A stretch of 64,000 nt of DNA from a virus. Positions 1-8,804 of the stretch are shown here, one piece after another (positions within the stretch are counted from its first letter, which is position 1; each line of letters starts with the position of its first letter). The translations under genes were made by a program, and so were the position numbers. Under the pieces are notes generated by a model. It worked only from the letters and a program-made list of their open reading frames with translations, did no database searches and was not told the origin of the DNA. Location: IMG/VR virus record IMGVR_UViG_3300017956_006678, positions 1 to 64,000 of that record; one strand, 5' to 3'.

Positions 1-18
1 AATGTTGAGTAGAATTAA

Positions 19-492
19 TTAAAAGTGTCTTGTTATTGATGATTCAACAACTAAATGATGCATAATATGACTTTTATCATGTTCTTCATGATCAACACCT
101 AGTGAGTGACCTATTTCATGAATTATAAGATCTAGATCTTGTGTATAGTTATTATCAATTTTAATTGTCGCTGCGTCAAGATAAAAATTGCCTCCAATTT
201 GATTGTAGTTACGATATGTCATACCATAATATCTTTTTATGTCTAAGTCTCTTTGTCCTGTGATTCTTATTTCATTGCTAACAAATTCTTCTTCGCATGA
301 TTTTTTGATAATTTCTTTATTAAGTTTAAATCCTAAGTTTTTCCAAAAATTTATTGCTGTTTTGATATTGTTTTCAGGTATATGTGAATCATTGCAAAGT
401 ACAATTTGTGGTTCGTTGTACCAGTGATGTTGTGTATTCATATCATTTTTTGTGTATGCATTGCAAATGTTTGTAATTAAAAATAACAGCAT
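19..492 (-). CDS. Matrixin-like (M10/metzincin) zinc metalloprotease, probably exported
   Basis: HEIGHSLGVDH matches HExxHxxGxxH, followed by the Met-turn SHIM; short hydrophobic N-terminus; AAGGAG SD upstream. Confidence 0.85.
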   Translation of the reverse strand: MLLFLITNICNAYTKNDMNTQHHWYNEPQIVLCNDSHIPENNIKTAINFWKNLGFKLNKEIIKKSCEEEFVSNEIRITGQRDLDIKRYYGMTYRNYNQIGGNFYLDAATIKIDNNYTQDLDLIIHEIGHSLGVDHEEHDKSHIMHHLVVESSITRHF

Positions 493-522
493 TGTGTAAC
501 TCCTTTTTATCTTTATATTAAT

Positions 523-551
523 AGTATAACATGAAATTTATAAGTTTGCAC
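523..551 (-). promoter_or_regulatory. Putative sigma70-type promoter GTGCAA-17bp-TATACT (extended -10 TGn)
   Basis: On the minus strand, GTGCAA at 551-546, a 17 nt spacer, then TATACT at 528-523, just upstream of the SD of the matrixin gene. Confidence 0.55.
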
Positions 552-625
552 GTGTAGTGATAGTTACTTAGTGGGGGTTATTATATATTGTGTATTATTG
601 ATATGCAATATATTTTATTTAATTT

Positions 626-880
626 ATGAATGGAATGACATTTATTCTTATCGTATTTGTTGTTATTGTTTTTTCTACTACTGTAATTTTAAATAAATGG
701 ATTGATTTTGCAGATAAAGAAAAAGAAAGGCGTGAGAAGAAACATGTTGATAATAATACACCTAAATTCAACTTTACAAAGTTTAATAAAGATAATATAA
801 TAATAGATGTCGACTGTGAAATTATAGAAGAAACTAATGATCGAAGAAAATACTTATCTATAGAAAATAAAGATCATTAG
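626..880 (+). CDS. Small hypothetical membrane protein
   Basis: 84 aa ORF with one N-terminal hydrophobic helix (FILIVFVVIVFSTTVIL). Confidence 0.55.
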   Translation: MNGMTFILIVFVVIVFSTTVILNKWIDFADKEKERREKKHVDNNTPKFNFTKFNKDNIIIDVDCEIIEETNDRRKYLSIENKDH

Positions 881-892
881 GAGACTTGATTA

Positions 893-1597
893 ATGAGAAA
901 GCAAAAAGTTTTTAAATCTGATTTAGTTGAATTAATTAGTAATCAGACAGGAATGAGTATTTATGAATCTCATCAAGCAGCAAATAAATTTCTTTTAGAA
1001 GCAGAAAGTAAATCATTAGCAGATATGATATACAGTCAAATAGCAAATCCTGTTATTGACGCTGCTAAACAAAGAGTTGCAACAGCAATATTATCACAAA
1101 TTGGATTAGATCCGGATAAGATATTAGGAAGAATTATTATTAACTCAATTGAAGAAATGGATTTTTTGCAAATTAAAAAATACTTTGATCAGTGGGAAGA
1201 AGGTGCATGTGAAGCTTGGTTAGATGTGATATTAAATGGAGTTGTTGAAGCAATTGCTGAATATTTTATTGATAAAATGGTAGGTCATTTCAAACAATCG
1301 ATAGCACCAACCGCAAAATCAGAATTAGGAATAAGTGACAAATTCATGGACAATATTCAAGGTGTTTTAGGCGGTGAAGAAGGTATTGATGCTGAGGCTT
1401 TATTAACTATGGTTACCAGCGTTATTAGAGAAAAGATCTTTGATGTTATTTTTACAGAAGAAATAAGGCAAAAAACAGTTGAGACATTATGTGATGCAAT
1501 GAGTAATATGGGTGATAATTTAAATATATCGAGTACCTTATCAGGAATAACAGATAGTGTAAGTGGTATATTTAGTGACGACGAAGAAGAGGAATAA
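893..1597 (+). CDS. Hypothetical acidic helical protein, possible capsid-internal protein
   Basis: 234 aa ORF, AGGAG SD, basic amphipathic N-terminal leader followed by LLE. Confidence 0.6.
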   Translation: MRKQKVFKSDLVELISNQTGMSIYESHQAANKFLLEAESKSLADMIYSQIANPVIDAAKQRVATAILSQIGLDPDKILGRIIINSIEEMDFLQIKKYFDQWEEGACEAWLDVILNGVVEAIAEYFIDKMVGHFKQSIAPTAKSELGISDKFMDNIQGVLGGEEGIDAEALLTMVTSVIREKIFDVIFTEEIRQKTVETLCDAMSNMGDNLNISSTLSGITDSVSGIFSDDEEEE

Positions 1598-1598
1598 A

Positions 1599-4500
1599 AT
1601 GTTAACAGAAAAAATGATTAGAAAAATTATATCTAATAGAATCAAAGCTAAAATTGAAGAAGGATTACAGCCTGGTAGTGCAGCTCATGCTGCTGTTAAT
1701 GTTGCGCCTGCTACGCCTGCAACAGCAACAAGTACAACAACTGCAGGATCAGTTGTACCTGGATCATCAGGAACTGTGGGTGCATCAAGAATAATTTATT
1801 CCCAACCTACAGATGATACTTCCTTCCCAAAATTAGGTCATAGTGATAAACAAGAATTTGATGCTTTGGCTAATATATTAGAAATAGAAAGAAATAATAT
1901 AACTGGATTCGATCCAAGTGAACCTTCACTTGAAAATGACATAATGCAAGCAATCATGAAAAAAATTAACGATGATGAAGATGCTGCTAGAGGTGCTGAA
2001 GAAATATTTGGAGATCCGGGAGGTATCGAAGCAAAGCTTAGATCTTTTTACACTAAAGATATTACACCTAAAGATCTTTTTGGTGCATCTGATCCTGATG
2101 TTCAAACAGCATTAACAGGATTTACAGCTGCTTTGCCTTATAATCCTACTATAACTTCAACTACAAAGTGGATGTCTGGTGATCCTGTTCGAAATAATAA
2201 TTATCGTCCTTTTTATTGGATTAAGTTCATGGTTGAAAAGAACTTTGATTTATCAGGACTTAAAGCTACTTCTGTTAAGTATGATAATAAAGGACGTCCT
2301 ATTTTTGATGCAAAGAATTTAGATGATTTTTCATCGCAAACAGAAGAAGTTTTTGGTGAGCTGTATGATATATTTGAAACACAATATCGAGAAATTACCG
2401 TTGATGTTTATCAAGGTGGTGGAATGAGAGGCGTTTTAGGATATTTAGATGATAATGAAGTATTAGCTTATTCTGTTTTATTAAAAAAATTAATTGAGAA
2501 TGATATAGACTCTGAAAAACTACCAATGACTCGTATGTTTTTTGCATATTTAGGTGCGTCAGAATGGTTAGGTGATGCATCTTTGGGTGGTGTCAAACAA
2601 GAAGCATTAGGAATCTATGCAGTTGGTGAAGATGGAAGATATGTAGAAGCTTTTAATAATCGCACAATTGATATTACTAATGTTGATAGCGCAACTGTTG
2701 CTAGTGGAGATATAATTTCAGATGATGCACAACAGTTCTATAAAATGGCATATGACATGACAAAAGAAGCAGGAAGTCTTCTTTCTCGTGCAATGAGGCT
2801 ACCTGCAGATGTTGATGATTCTATAAAAAATCAGCAACTAGTTGTAAGAAAAATTTTAGAAAGAACTCCGGGTTATAATGCATCGTTAGCCATTAAAGAT
2901 TTAGATATAAAGTCGGGTAATATAAAAGCATATAAAGAACAAATTGAAGTTGATTTAGGATCTTTTGAAGTATTATTAAAAGGTAAAAAAGAAGAGTATG
3001 GTTCTTTAAACGAGTCATATATCCGCAGTGAAATACAAAAAATATTATCAGAGAAAAAGAAAACAAAGAGCAATAAATATCAAGGTGTTAAGTTAGATGC
3101 AACATTTACAAACATGCCTGATGCTAACGGTTATGTATTAATATACCCAAGACCTCAACCATCTGTGGACATGATTACTCTTCCTAGAATTCATACTAGT
3201 ACCACAGATACAAAAGGATCACAACCTAAAACTGCGTATGAATTAGCTTGGTATGCTAGTTTTTGGGAAACAAATGCAACAGCAATTAGTAATAAATATT
3301 TTATGAGTACAAATGATCCAGATTTTCCTGAGCAAATGGCTAGACACATTCATGCACTATATAGTTCTTCGAATGTGTCAGAATTTAATTTGGAAAAAGT
3401 TATTGTTGTTAAAGCAACTGATTTATTTAGGTTAAGTAAAAAATTAAATGCTGGTACGCCTCCGTCAGGTTTAGCCATAACTCCTGGTGTTACTCCCGGA
3501 ACAATAAGTGCGACAGATATTAATACATTCAACACATGGTTTTATAGTCAAGATTTTATTTTGGAATTTAATGCATGCAAAGAATCTTTTAATTCACTTA
3601 ACTTAGGGATACTTCAATTTATGAAGAAAAAAGATCCTATGGGTAAAGATCTTTATGATTATATGTCTTTCAATAAAGATAAATTTAATATAGGCAAAGA
3701 CATGGGTACAAAATATGGAGATGCATTAAAAATTCCTAGTGCAGATACTGTTGATCCTGTTGAGGCTAAAAAATTAGAAGATATTAGAGATGCTATCAAT
3801 AAAATGTATGAATATTTCAAAGGTATGGATGGTTTTGATGCTGGAGCTAGAAACACTGCATTAGAAAAAGAAAGAGATGATGCAGATAAAAAAATTGAAT
3901 TTGCAATTAAGTCACCTGATATGCAGAAAAATCACCCTACATTCGTGCAAGCTCTTCAAACTTTAGCATTAAGAAAATTTAATAAAAATAGTGCATCTTT
4001 CAAAGATGTTGTGGGATTATCTACAAACTTTCATACGTTTGGTCCTAGATTTGGTTATAAACCACAAGTCCATGGACCGGGTTTGTTAAAATTAGTTATG
4101 GACTTAGCATCTATGTCTGAAGTTAATCCTCGAGATAAAATTAAATCAACTGCAGTTTATTCTGGTGCAGTAATAGACTTAGGTGACTTTGTTACAAAAA
4201 TTATTCAAAACCCAGATACAGTGCTAGTCCCAGCATATATTCCTACATCACCTAACTATACTGTAAATCCAACTCGAGCAGAGAATGCATTGTCAGAATT
4301 TTCTAATCTATTGAAAGACAGTAGTAATACTTTGAATCAGCCTATTAAAATTAAATTAGATGTTTCTGGTGGTATAACTGGATTAAAATTAGATAAAATT
4401 GAGGGACGATTAGGTGGAAATATCAAAATTGGTCTTAGAAGATGGGTTAAGAGAAGTTTAATACCTTCATTTACTGCGATCGATCCGGCATGTACACAGA

Positions 4501-4601
4501 TGGAAATTGTAATGCCAGTAGGTAAATATGTTAGCAAGTTAAGTGAAAATAAATCTAAAACAGCTAAAGAAATAATAACAGCGATTAAAAAACTGATTTA
4601 G
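1599..4601 (+). CDS. Large hypothetical protein (~1000 aa), possible capsid-internal or ejected protein
   Basis: Long ORF; ATG at 1599 (GAGG SD) preferred over the track's GTG at 1563; Ala/Thr/Pro-rich linker; LNESYIRSEIQKILSE motif. Confidence 0.7.
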   Translation: MLTEKMIRKIISNRIKAKIEEGLQPGSAAHAAVNVAPATPATATSTTTAGSVVPGSSGTVGASRIIYSQPTDDTSFPKLGHSDKQEFDALANILEIERNNITGFDPSEPSLENDIMQAIMKKINDDEDAARGAEEIFGDPGGIEAKLRSFYTKDITPKDLFGASDPDVQTALTGFTAALPYNPTITSTTKWMSGDPVRNNNYRPFYWIKFMVEKNFDLSGLKATSVKYDNKGRPIFDAKNLDDFSSQTEEVFGELYDIFETQYREITVDVYQGGGMRGVLGYLDDNEVLAYSVLLKKLIENDIDSEKLPMTRMFFAYLGASEWLGDASLGGVKQEALGIYAVGEDGRYVEAFNNRTIDITNVDSATVASGDIISDDAQQFYKMAYDMTKEAGSLLSRAMRLPADVDDSIKNQQLVVRKILERTPGYNASLAIKDLDIKSGNIKAYKEQIEVDLGSFEVLLKGKKEEYGSLNESYIRSEIQKILSEKKKTKSNKYQGVKLDATFTNMPDANGYVLIYPRPQPSVDMITLPRIHTSTTDTKGSQPKTAYELAWYASFWETNATAISNKYFMSTNDPDFPEQMARHIHALYSSSNVSEFNLEKVIVVKATDLFRLSKKLNAGTPPSGLAITPGVTPGTISATDINTFNTWFYSQDFILEFNACKESFNSLNLGILQFMKKKDPMGKDLYDYMSFNKDKFNIGKDMGTKYGDALKIPSADTVDPVEAKKLEDIRDAINKMYEYFKGMDGFDAGARNTALEKERDDADKKIEFAIKSPDMQKNHPTFVQALQTLALRKFNKNSASFKDVVGLSTNFHTFGPRFGYKPQVHGPGLLKLVMDLASMSEVNPRDKIKSTAVYSGAVIDLGDFVTKIIQNPDTVLVPAYIPTSPNYTVNPTRAENALSEFSNLLKDSSNTLNQPIKIKLDVSGGITGLKLDKIEGRLGGNIKIGLRRWVKRSLIPSFTAIDPACTQMEIVMPVGKYVSKLSENKSKTAKEIITAIKKLI

Positions 4602-5007
4602 ATTTTCTAATTGATTCGTAAATTCTTTTTCTATCGTCGCTACTTTTTGCAAATAATTTAAGAAGTTCTCCTGCTCGAGCATTTGCTTGATCTTCATGAA
4701 AACCCCCGGCATCTTGAATATGACCTATAAGTAAGCCTGTTTGATCTTGCATCATATGGGTCATTTCATGTGCAATACTTCTCATAATGTCAGGAAGAGC
4801 TCTTCCTTTACCGTATACGCGACATGTATTGTTTCCGACTTCGTAAAGTGCTGTTGTTGTTATTCCATGTTTAGGTCTATCAGTTACTACATAGACATTG
4901 AAAGATCCATTTATAGGTAATTCTGATGCACAGAAATTACAAAATTCACCGAGGTAATTTAATTGCTGATCGTCTATATTTAGTGATTTATCAACGAACA
5001 ATTTCAT
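4585..5007 (-). CDS. Small zincin (HExxH) metallopeptidase-like protein
   Basis: IAHEMTH plus a downstream Glu (EDQANA) as third ligand, an ImmA/IrrE-like arrangement. Confidence 0.65.
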   Translation of the reverse strand: MKLFVDKSLNIDDQQLNYLGEFCNFCASELPINGSFNVYVVTDRPKHGITTTALYEVGNNTCRVYGKGRALPDIMRSIAHEMTHMMQDQTGLLIGHIQDAGGFHEDQANARAGELLKLFAKSSDDRKRIYESIRKSKSVF

Positions 5008-5225
5008 TTTTGAAGTTCCTCTGCTAGTATTTTTTCACCTTCTTCTTTTGAGAAGGTTACTTTTTGTTTGGATCCATCTTCAGCTTCATATTCTTCTTCA
5101 CCTTTTGATGCAGCGTCAGCATGTGCAATTCTATCTTGTTTTTGTGAAGGTGTCATTTCTTCATTAACAAATTTTTCATTGTTATAGTATCTTTTAATAA
5201 AGTTCCTGATATCAGATCTTTTCAT
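5004..5225 (-). CDS. Hypothetical protein
   Basis: 73 aa ORF coupled by 4-nt overlaps to both neighbours. Confidence 0.6.
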   Translation of the reverse strand: MKRSDIRNFIKRYYNNEKFVNEEMTPSQKQDRIAHADAASKGEEEYEAEDGSKQKVTFSKEEGEKILAEELQK

Positions 5226-6046
5226 AAGTTTTCCTTTAAAAATTGTTTAATTGCTTCTGGCTTTGGACCTACTGCTAGATTGTTAAAGTCGACAGCAGCT
5301 TTAGCTATTATACTAACTATCTCGCCTTTTCCATTAATGACTGAACTTCCTGAGCTTCCAAATGTTGCTGGTATTGTAAAACTACATTCATGACTATTAC
5401 AACCTGCAAATTTGCCTTGATAATGTTGTCTTATTTCATCTTCATGTGACCATTGTGGTGCTGAGATTGCATAAATTTCTTCTCCAATATCTGGGGCTTT
5501 ATTTGCTACTTTCATATTTTTTGCATATTTATAAAATTTTGATTCGAATTCAATTAGACATAGATCATCTTTTTCATTCATGATAGGTTTTTTCTCTATT
5601 AGATAATCGTTACCCATAAATGTTGCATACATTCCAACTAAAGGGTCTTTTTCAAAGATTAATCCTGTAGCGTCCATTATATCTTCTGTGTTTAGAGTTT
5701 TACACCAATGAGCCGCTGTTAATACATTAATTTTTTCTTTGTTAACATTTACTACATAACCTGAGGCTGATGTAAGTGGAACTAAAGGATCATAGCATAG
5801 ATCACTTTTATCTTCATCTACATAACAGATTGAGTTGAAGTTATTACTGTCTCTTGTCATGACAAAAGAAGTTAGAAACACAAAGTTTTGATTGTGAAGA
5901 ATTTTATTTTTGTTTTTTAATTTAAAATTTAAATATTCAGCATTTAGTACGTCTTTTGGTTTGCTATATTTGTTATTGACACAACATCCTACTTGTACGA
6001 CAAATAAGAAACTTATCATAGCCAAACCTATAATTTTTTTAAACAT
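5222..6046 (-). CDS. Trypsin-like (S1) serine protease with signal or lipoprotein peptide
   Basis: Catalytic motifs LTAAHWC (His), DDLCLI (Asp) and GSSGS (Ser); N-terminal KK plus hydrophobic stretch ending VGC. Confidence 0.9.
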   Translation of the reverse strand: MFKKIIGLAMISFLFVVQVGCCVNNKYSKPKDVLNAEYLNFKLKNKNKILHNQNFVFLTSFVMTRDSNNFNSICYVDEDKSDLCYDPLVPLTSASGYVVNVNKEKINVLTAAHWCKTLNTEDIMDATGLIFEKDPLVGMYATFMGNDYLIEKKPIMNEKDDLCLIEFESKFYKYAKNMKVANKAPDIGEEIYAISAPQWSHEDEIRQHYQGKFAGCNSHECSFTIPATFGSSGSSVINGKGEIVSIIAKAAVDFNNLAVGPKPEAIKQFLKENL

Positions 6047-6153
6047 AATTTACCCCTATATAAATAGGTATGTTTAAAAATTATAATTTACTAATAGTAT
6101 ATCCTGATTGATAGAGTTGAATTATTAATAGAGAGAGATAGTAGATTATTAAT

Positions 6154-6216
6154 ATAATATAAAGTATATGTTATTAATTACAAAAATTGTAAATTATAAT
6201 TTATCTTTAATATAGT
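6154..6216. promoter_or_regulatory. Putative back-to-back divergent promoters centred on the inverted repeat TTACAA-AAA-TTGTAA
   Basis: Inverted repeat at 6178-6192 in the 238 bp divergent gap; each TTGTAA half lies 18 nt from a TAnnnT hexamer (TATAGT at 6211-6216 on +, TATTAT at 6159-6154 on -). Confidence 0.4.
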
Positions 6217-6284
6217 ACATTACTATAATACTTTATTTAACTTTATGAATAATAGAGTATACTAATAGTAGAGGATAATTAATA

Positions 6285-7454
6285 ATGTCAATTTTTAAAG
6301 AACATAAATCTTCAGCAGATCGCTCAGCAACTGATAGAAGAAGACATAAAGAAAAGATTGAAAGAGCTATCAAAGATGGAATTCATGATATAGTTGCGGA
6401 AGAAAGCATAATTGGACAAGACGGGAAAAAGAGAATAAAAATACCAGTAAGAGGTATTAAAGAATATCAGTTTATTTATGGGAAAAATAATCCTAGAGTT
6501 GGATCTGCACAAGGTAAAGATGTGAGAAAAGGTCAGCAAGTTTCTCCTCCTAAAAATAAAAAGAAAAATGGAGGTCAGCCTGATAAACCTGGGAACACAG
6601 CAGGTGAAGAATTTTATGAAGTTGATATATCTTTAGATGAATTAGCAAAATATCTTTTTGATGATTTAAATCTTCCCGATTTAGAAAAGAAAAGTTTTCC
6701 TAATATATTCAATAACACTATTAAGAGAAAAGGTTATAGAAAAGAAGGAATAAGACCTAGATTATCTAAAAAAGAAACTATTAAAAGAAAAATAAGGCGT
6801 AAGAAAGCGTCTATTAAAGCAGGAACTTATGATCCTGAAAGTGGAGAACGTTTTCCATTTCATAAAGATGATTTAAAATACAAGCATATTGAAATAACTA
6901 AAAAGAATGTCACAAATGCTGTTATATTTTTTATTATGGATACTTCAGGATCTATGACAAAATCAAAAAAGTTTAAAGCACGTTCGTTCTTTTTCTTACT
7001 ATATCAATTTATTAGATATCGTTACGATAAAACAGATATTGTATTTATTTCACACACAACTGAAGCTAAAGAAACAAATGAAGATGAGTTTTTTGGAAGA
7101 GGTTCAAGTGGTGGAACTTATATAAGTTCTGGTATAGAAAAAGCAGTTGATATTATGGAAAAAAGATATCCACCTACTAGTTGGAATTTATATACTTTTC
7201 ATTGTTCTGATGGAGATAATTGGATTGAAGATAATGATAAGGCATTGGATATAAGTAAGAAGCTAATTGATATGTGTCAATTATATAGTTTTATAGAAAT
7301 AACTGATGGAAGAAAAGGAACAGCAGGTTGGGGTGAACCTATGTCTGAAGTCTATAAACCTTTAGAATGTAAGAATTTTAAAATTGTTGAAATAGATTCT
7401 AAGGAAGATATATGGGAAGAATTTAAAAAACTTTTTGGAAGTAATAATGACTAA
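6285..7454 (+). CDS. yeaH: YeaH/YhbH family (DUF444) vWA-domain protein
   Basis: DRRRHKEKI N-terminus, EESII, MIDAS MDTSGSM, SGGT and HCSDGDN motifs typical of YeaH/YhbH. Confidence 0.92.
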   Translation: MSIFKEHKSSADRSATDRRRHKEKIERAIKDGIHDIVAEESIIGQDGKKRIKIPVRGIKEYQFIYGKNNPRVGSAQGKDVRKGQQVSPPKNKKKNGGQPDKPGNTAGEEFYEVDISLDELAKYLFDDLNLPDLEKKSFPNIFNNTIKRKGYRKEGIRPRLSKKETIKRKIRRKKASIKAGTYDPESGERFPFHKDDLKYKHIEITKKNVTNAVIFFIMDTSGSMTKSKKFKARSFFFLLYQFIRYRYDKTDIVFISHTTEAKETNEDEFFGRGSSGGTYISSGIEKAVDIMEKRYPPTSWNLYTFHCSDGDNWIEDNDKALDISKKLIDMCQLYSFIEITDGRKGTAGWGEPMSEVYKPLECKNFKIVEIDSKEDIWEEFKKLFGSNND

Positions 7455-8790
7455 AAAATATACAGAACATTGGAATTTTAGTGAGCTCAAAGAGTGGGAT
7501 GAAATAATCTGTAAAAAAGCTAAAGAATTTGGTTTAGATTGGCATCCAATTAATTATGAAGTTTGTGATTATTTCGAAATGATTGGTCACATGTCATATC
7601 ATGGTATGCCTAGTCATTATAATCATTGGAGTTATGGTAAGTCTTTTGAGGTAACACACCAACAGTATAATATGGGAATGCAAGGACTTCCTTATGAATT
7701 AATTATTAATAGCAATCCTTCAATTGCTTATCTTATGAGAGAGAATCCTCTTTATCTTCAGATTCTTATTATGGCACACTGTATTGGTCATAGTGATTTT
7801 TTTAAAAATAATAGAACTTTTAGAAATACATCACCTGAAAATATTGTATCAAAAATGCGTAATGCAAAAAGACGTATATATGAATATTCAGAAGATCCTA
7901 TGATAGGTGCAGAAAAGGTAGAAAGTTTTTTAGATGCATTACATACAATTAGGTTTCAAACTGAAAGATATGAAATGCCTAGATTGACTCCTGAAGAAAA
8001 ACAAAATAATTTTATTAAAAAGATTAATAAGAGTAATTTTGTACAAGAAAAAAGAAATAAATATGTTGATATGATTCGTAAAAAGTCATTTATTGGAACA
8101 GATAGAGACTTATTAGGATTTTTATTAGATTATGGTGAATATGAAAATTGGCAATTAGATTTAATTAATATTGTTAGAGACGAATCACATTATTTTATAC
8201 CACAAATTAAAACAAAAATTCTTAATGAGGGATGGGCATCTTTTTGGCATTACAAATTACTGCATGAATTAGAAATACCTCAAAAATTTCATATTCCTTT
8301 TTTGAAAATGCATAATGCTGTTGTTAGGCCTCATATTGGTGGAGTTAATCCATATCATTTGGGATTTTATTTATTCCAAAAAATAGAGAGAGAACAAGGA
8401 TTAGAAGAATGCTTTTTTATAAGAGAAATACATGATGATGAATCAGCATTAAGAATGTATTTGCAAGAAGAAGATATGGTTGAGTTAAACTTTTTTGAAT
8501 ATCAACGTAATGCAAAGTCTGGAGGTGCTAAAGTTACTGAAGTTTCAGATAAAGATGGTTGGAAAAAAGTAAAACACCAGTTAATAAAAAACACAGGAAT
8601 TAATTCAATACCTTTGATTTATGTTAGCGATTTAGATAAGAAAAATAAAATTTTAGAATTAAAACATGAACATGATGGAAGAGATTTAGAGTTAAAATAT
8701 GCTGAAGAAGTAGTTAAAAGTATTAAACAAATATGGGATGGCGAGGTAAAACTATTTACGATCGTCGAAGAAGAGATGTGGGAAATTTAA
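7447..8790 (+). CDS. spoVR: SpoVR/YcgB family protein
   Basis: GMPSHYNHWSYGKSF, YELIINSNP, AHCIGHSDFFKNN, KTKILNEGWASFWH and NPYHLGF motifs; ATG at 7447 preferred. Confidence 0.95.
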   Translation: MTKKYTEHWNFSELKEWDEIICKKAKEFGLDWHPINYEVCDYFEMIGHMSYHGMPSHYNHWSYGKSFEVTHQQYNMGMQGLPYELIINSNPSIAYLMRENPLYLQILIMAHCIGHSDFFKNNRTFRNTSPENIVSKMRNAKRRIYEYSEDPMIGAEKVESFLDALHTIRFQTERYEMPRLTPEEKQNNFIKKINKSNFVQEKRNKYVDMIRKKSFIGTDRDLLGFLLDYGEYENWQLDLINIVRDESHYFIPQIKTKILNEGWASFWHYKLLHELEIPQKFHIPFLKMHNAVVRPHIGGVNPYHLGFYLFQKIEREQGLEECFFIREIHDDESALRMYLQEEDMVELNFFEYQRNAKSGGAKVTEVSDKDGWKKVKHQLIKNTGINSIPLIYVSDLDKKNKILELKHEHDGRDLELKYAEEVVKSIKQIWDGEVKLFTIVEEEMWEI

Positions 8791-8804
8791 ACATAGGAGC
8801 TTAA

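Noticed and set aside
1-4400. Apparent abundance of CTAG
   Set aside because: A rough hand count (about 13 in 4.3 kb) is close to what base composition predicts.
6059-6066. T4 late promoter TATAAATA, and ATAATTA-like words before structural genes
   Set aside because: Such words are expected by chance at this AT content, also occur inside genes, and show no consistent position that I could establish by eye.
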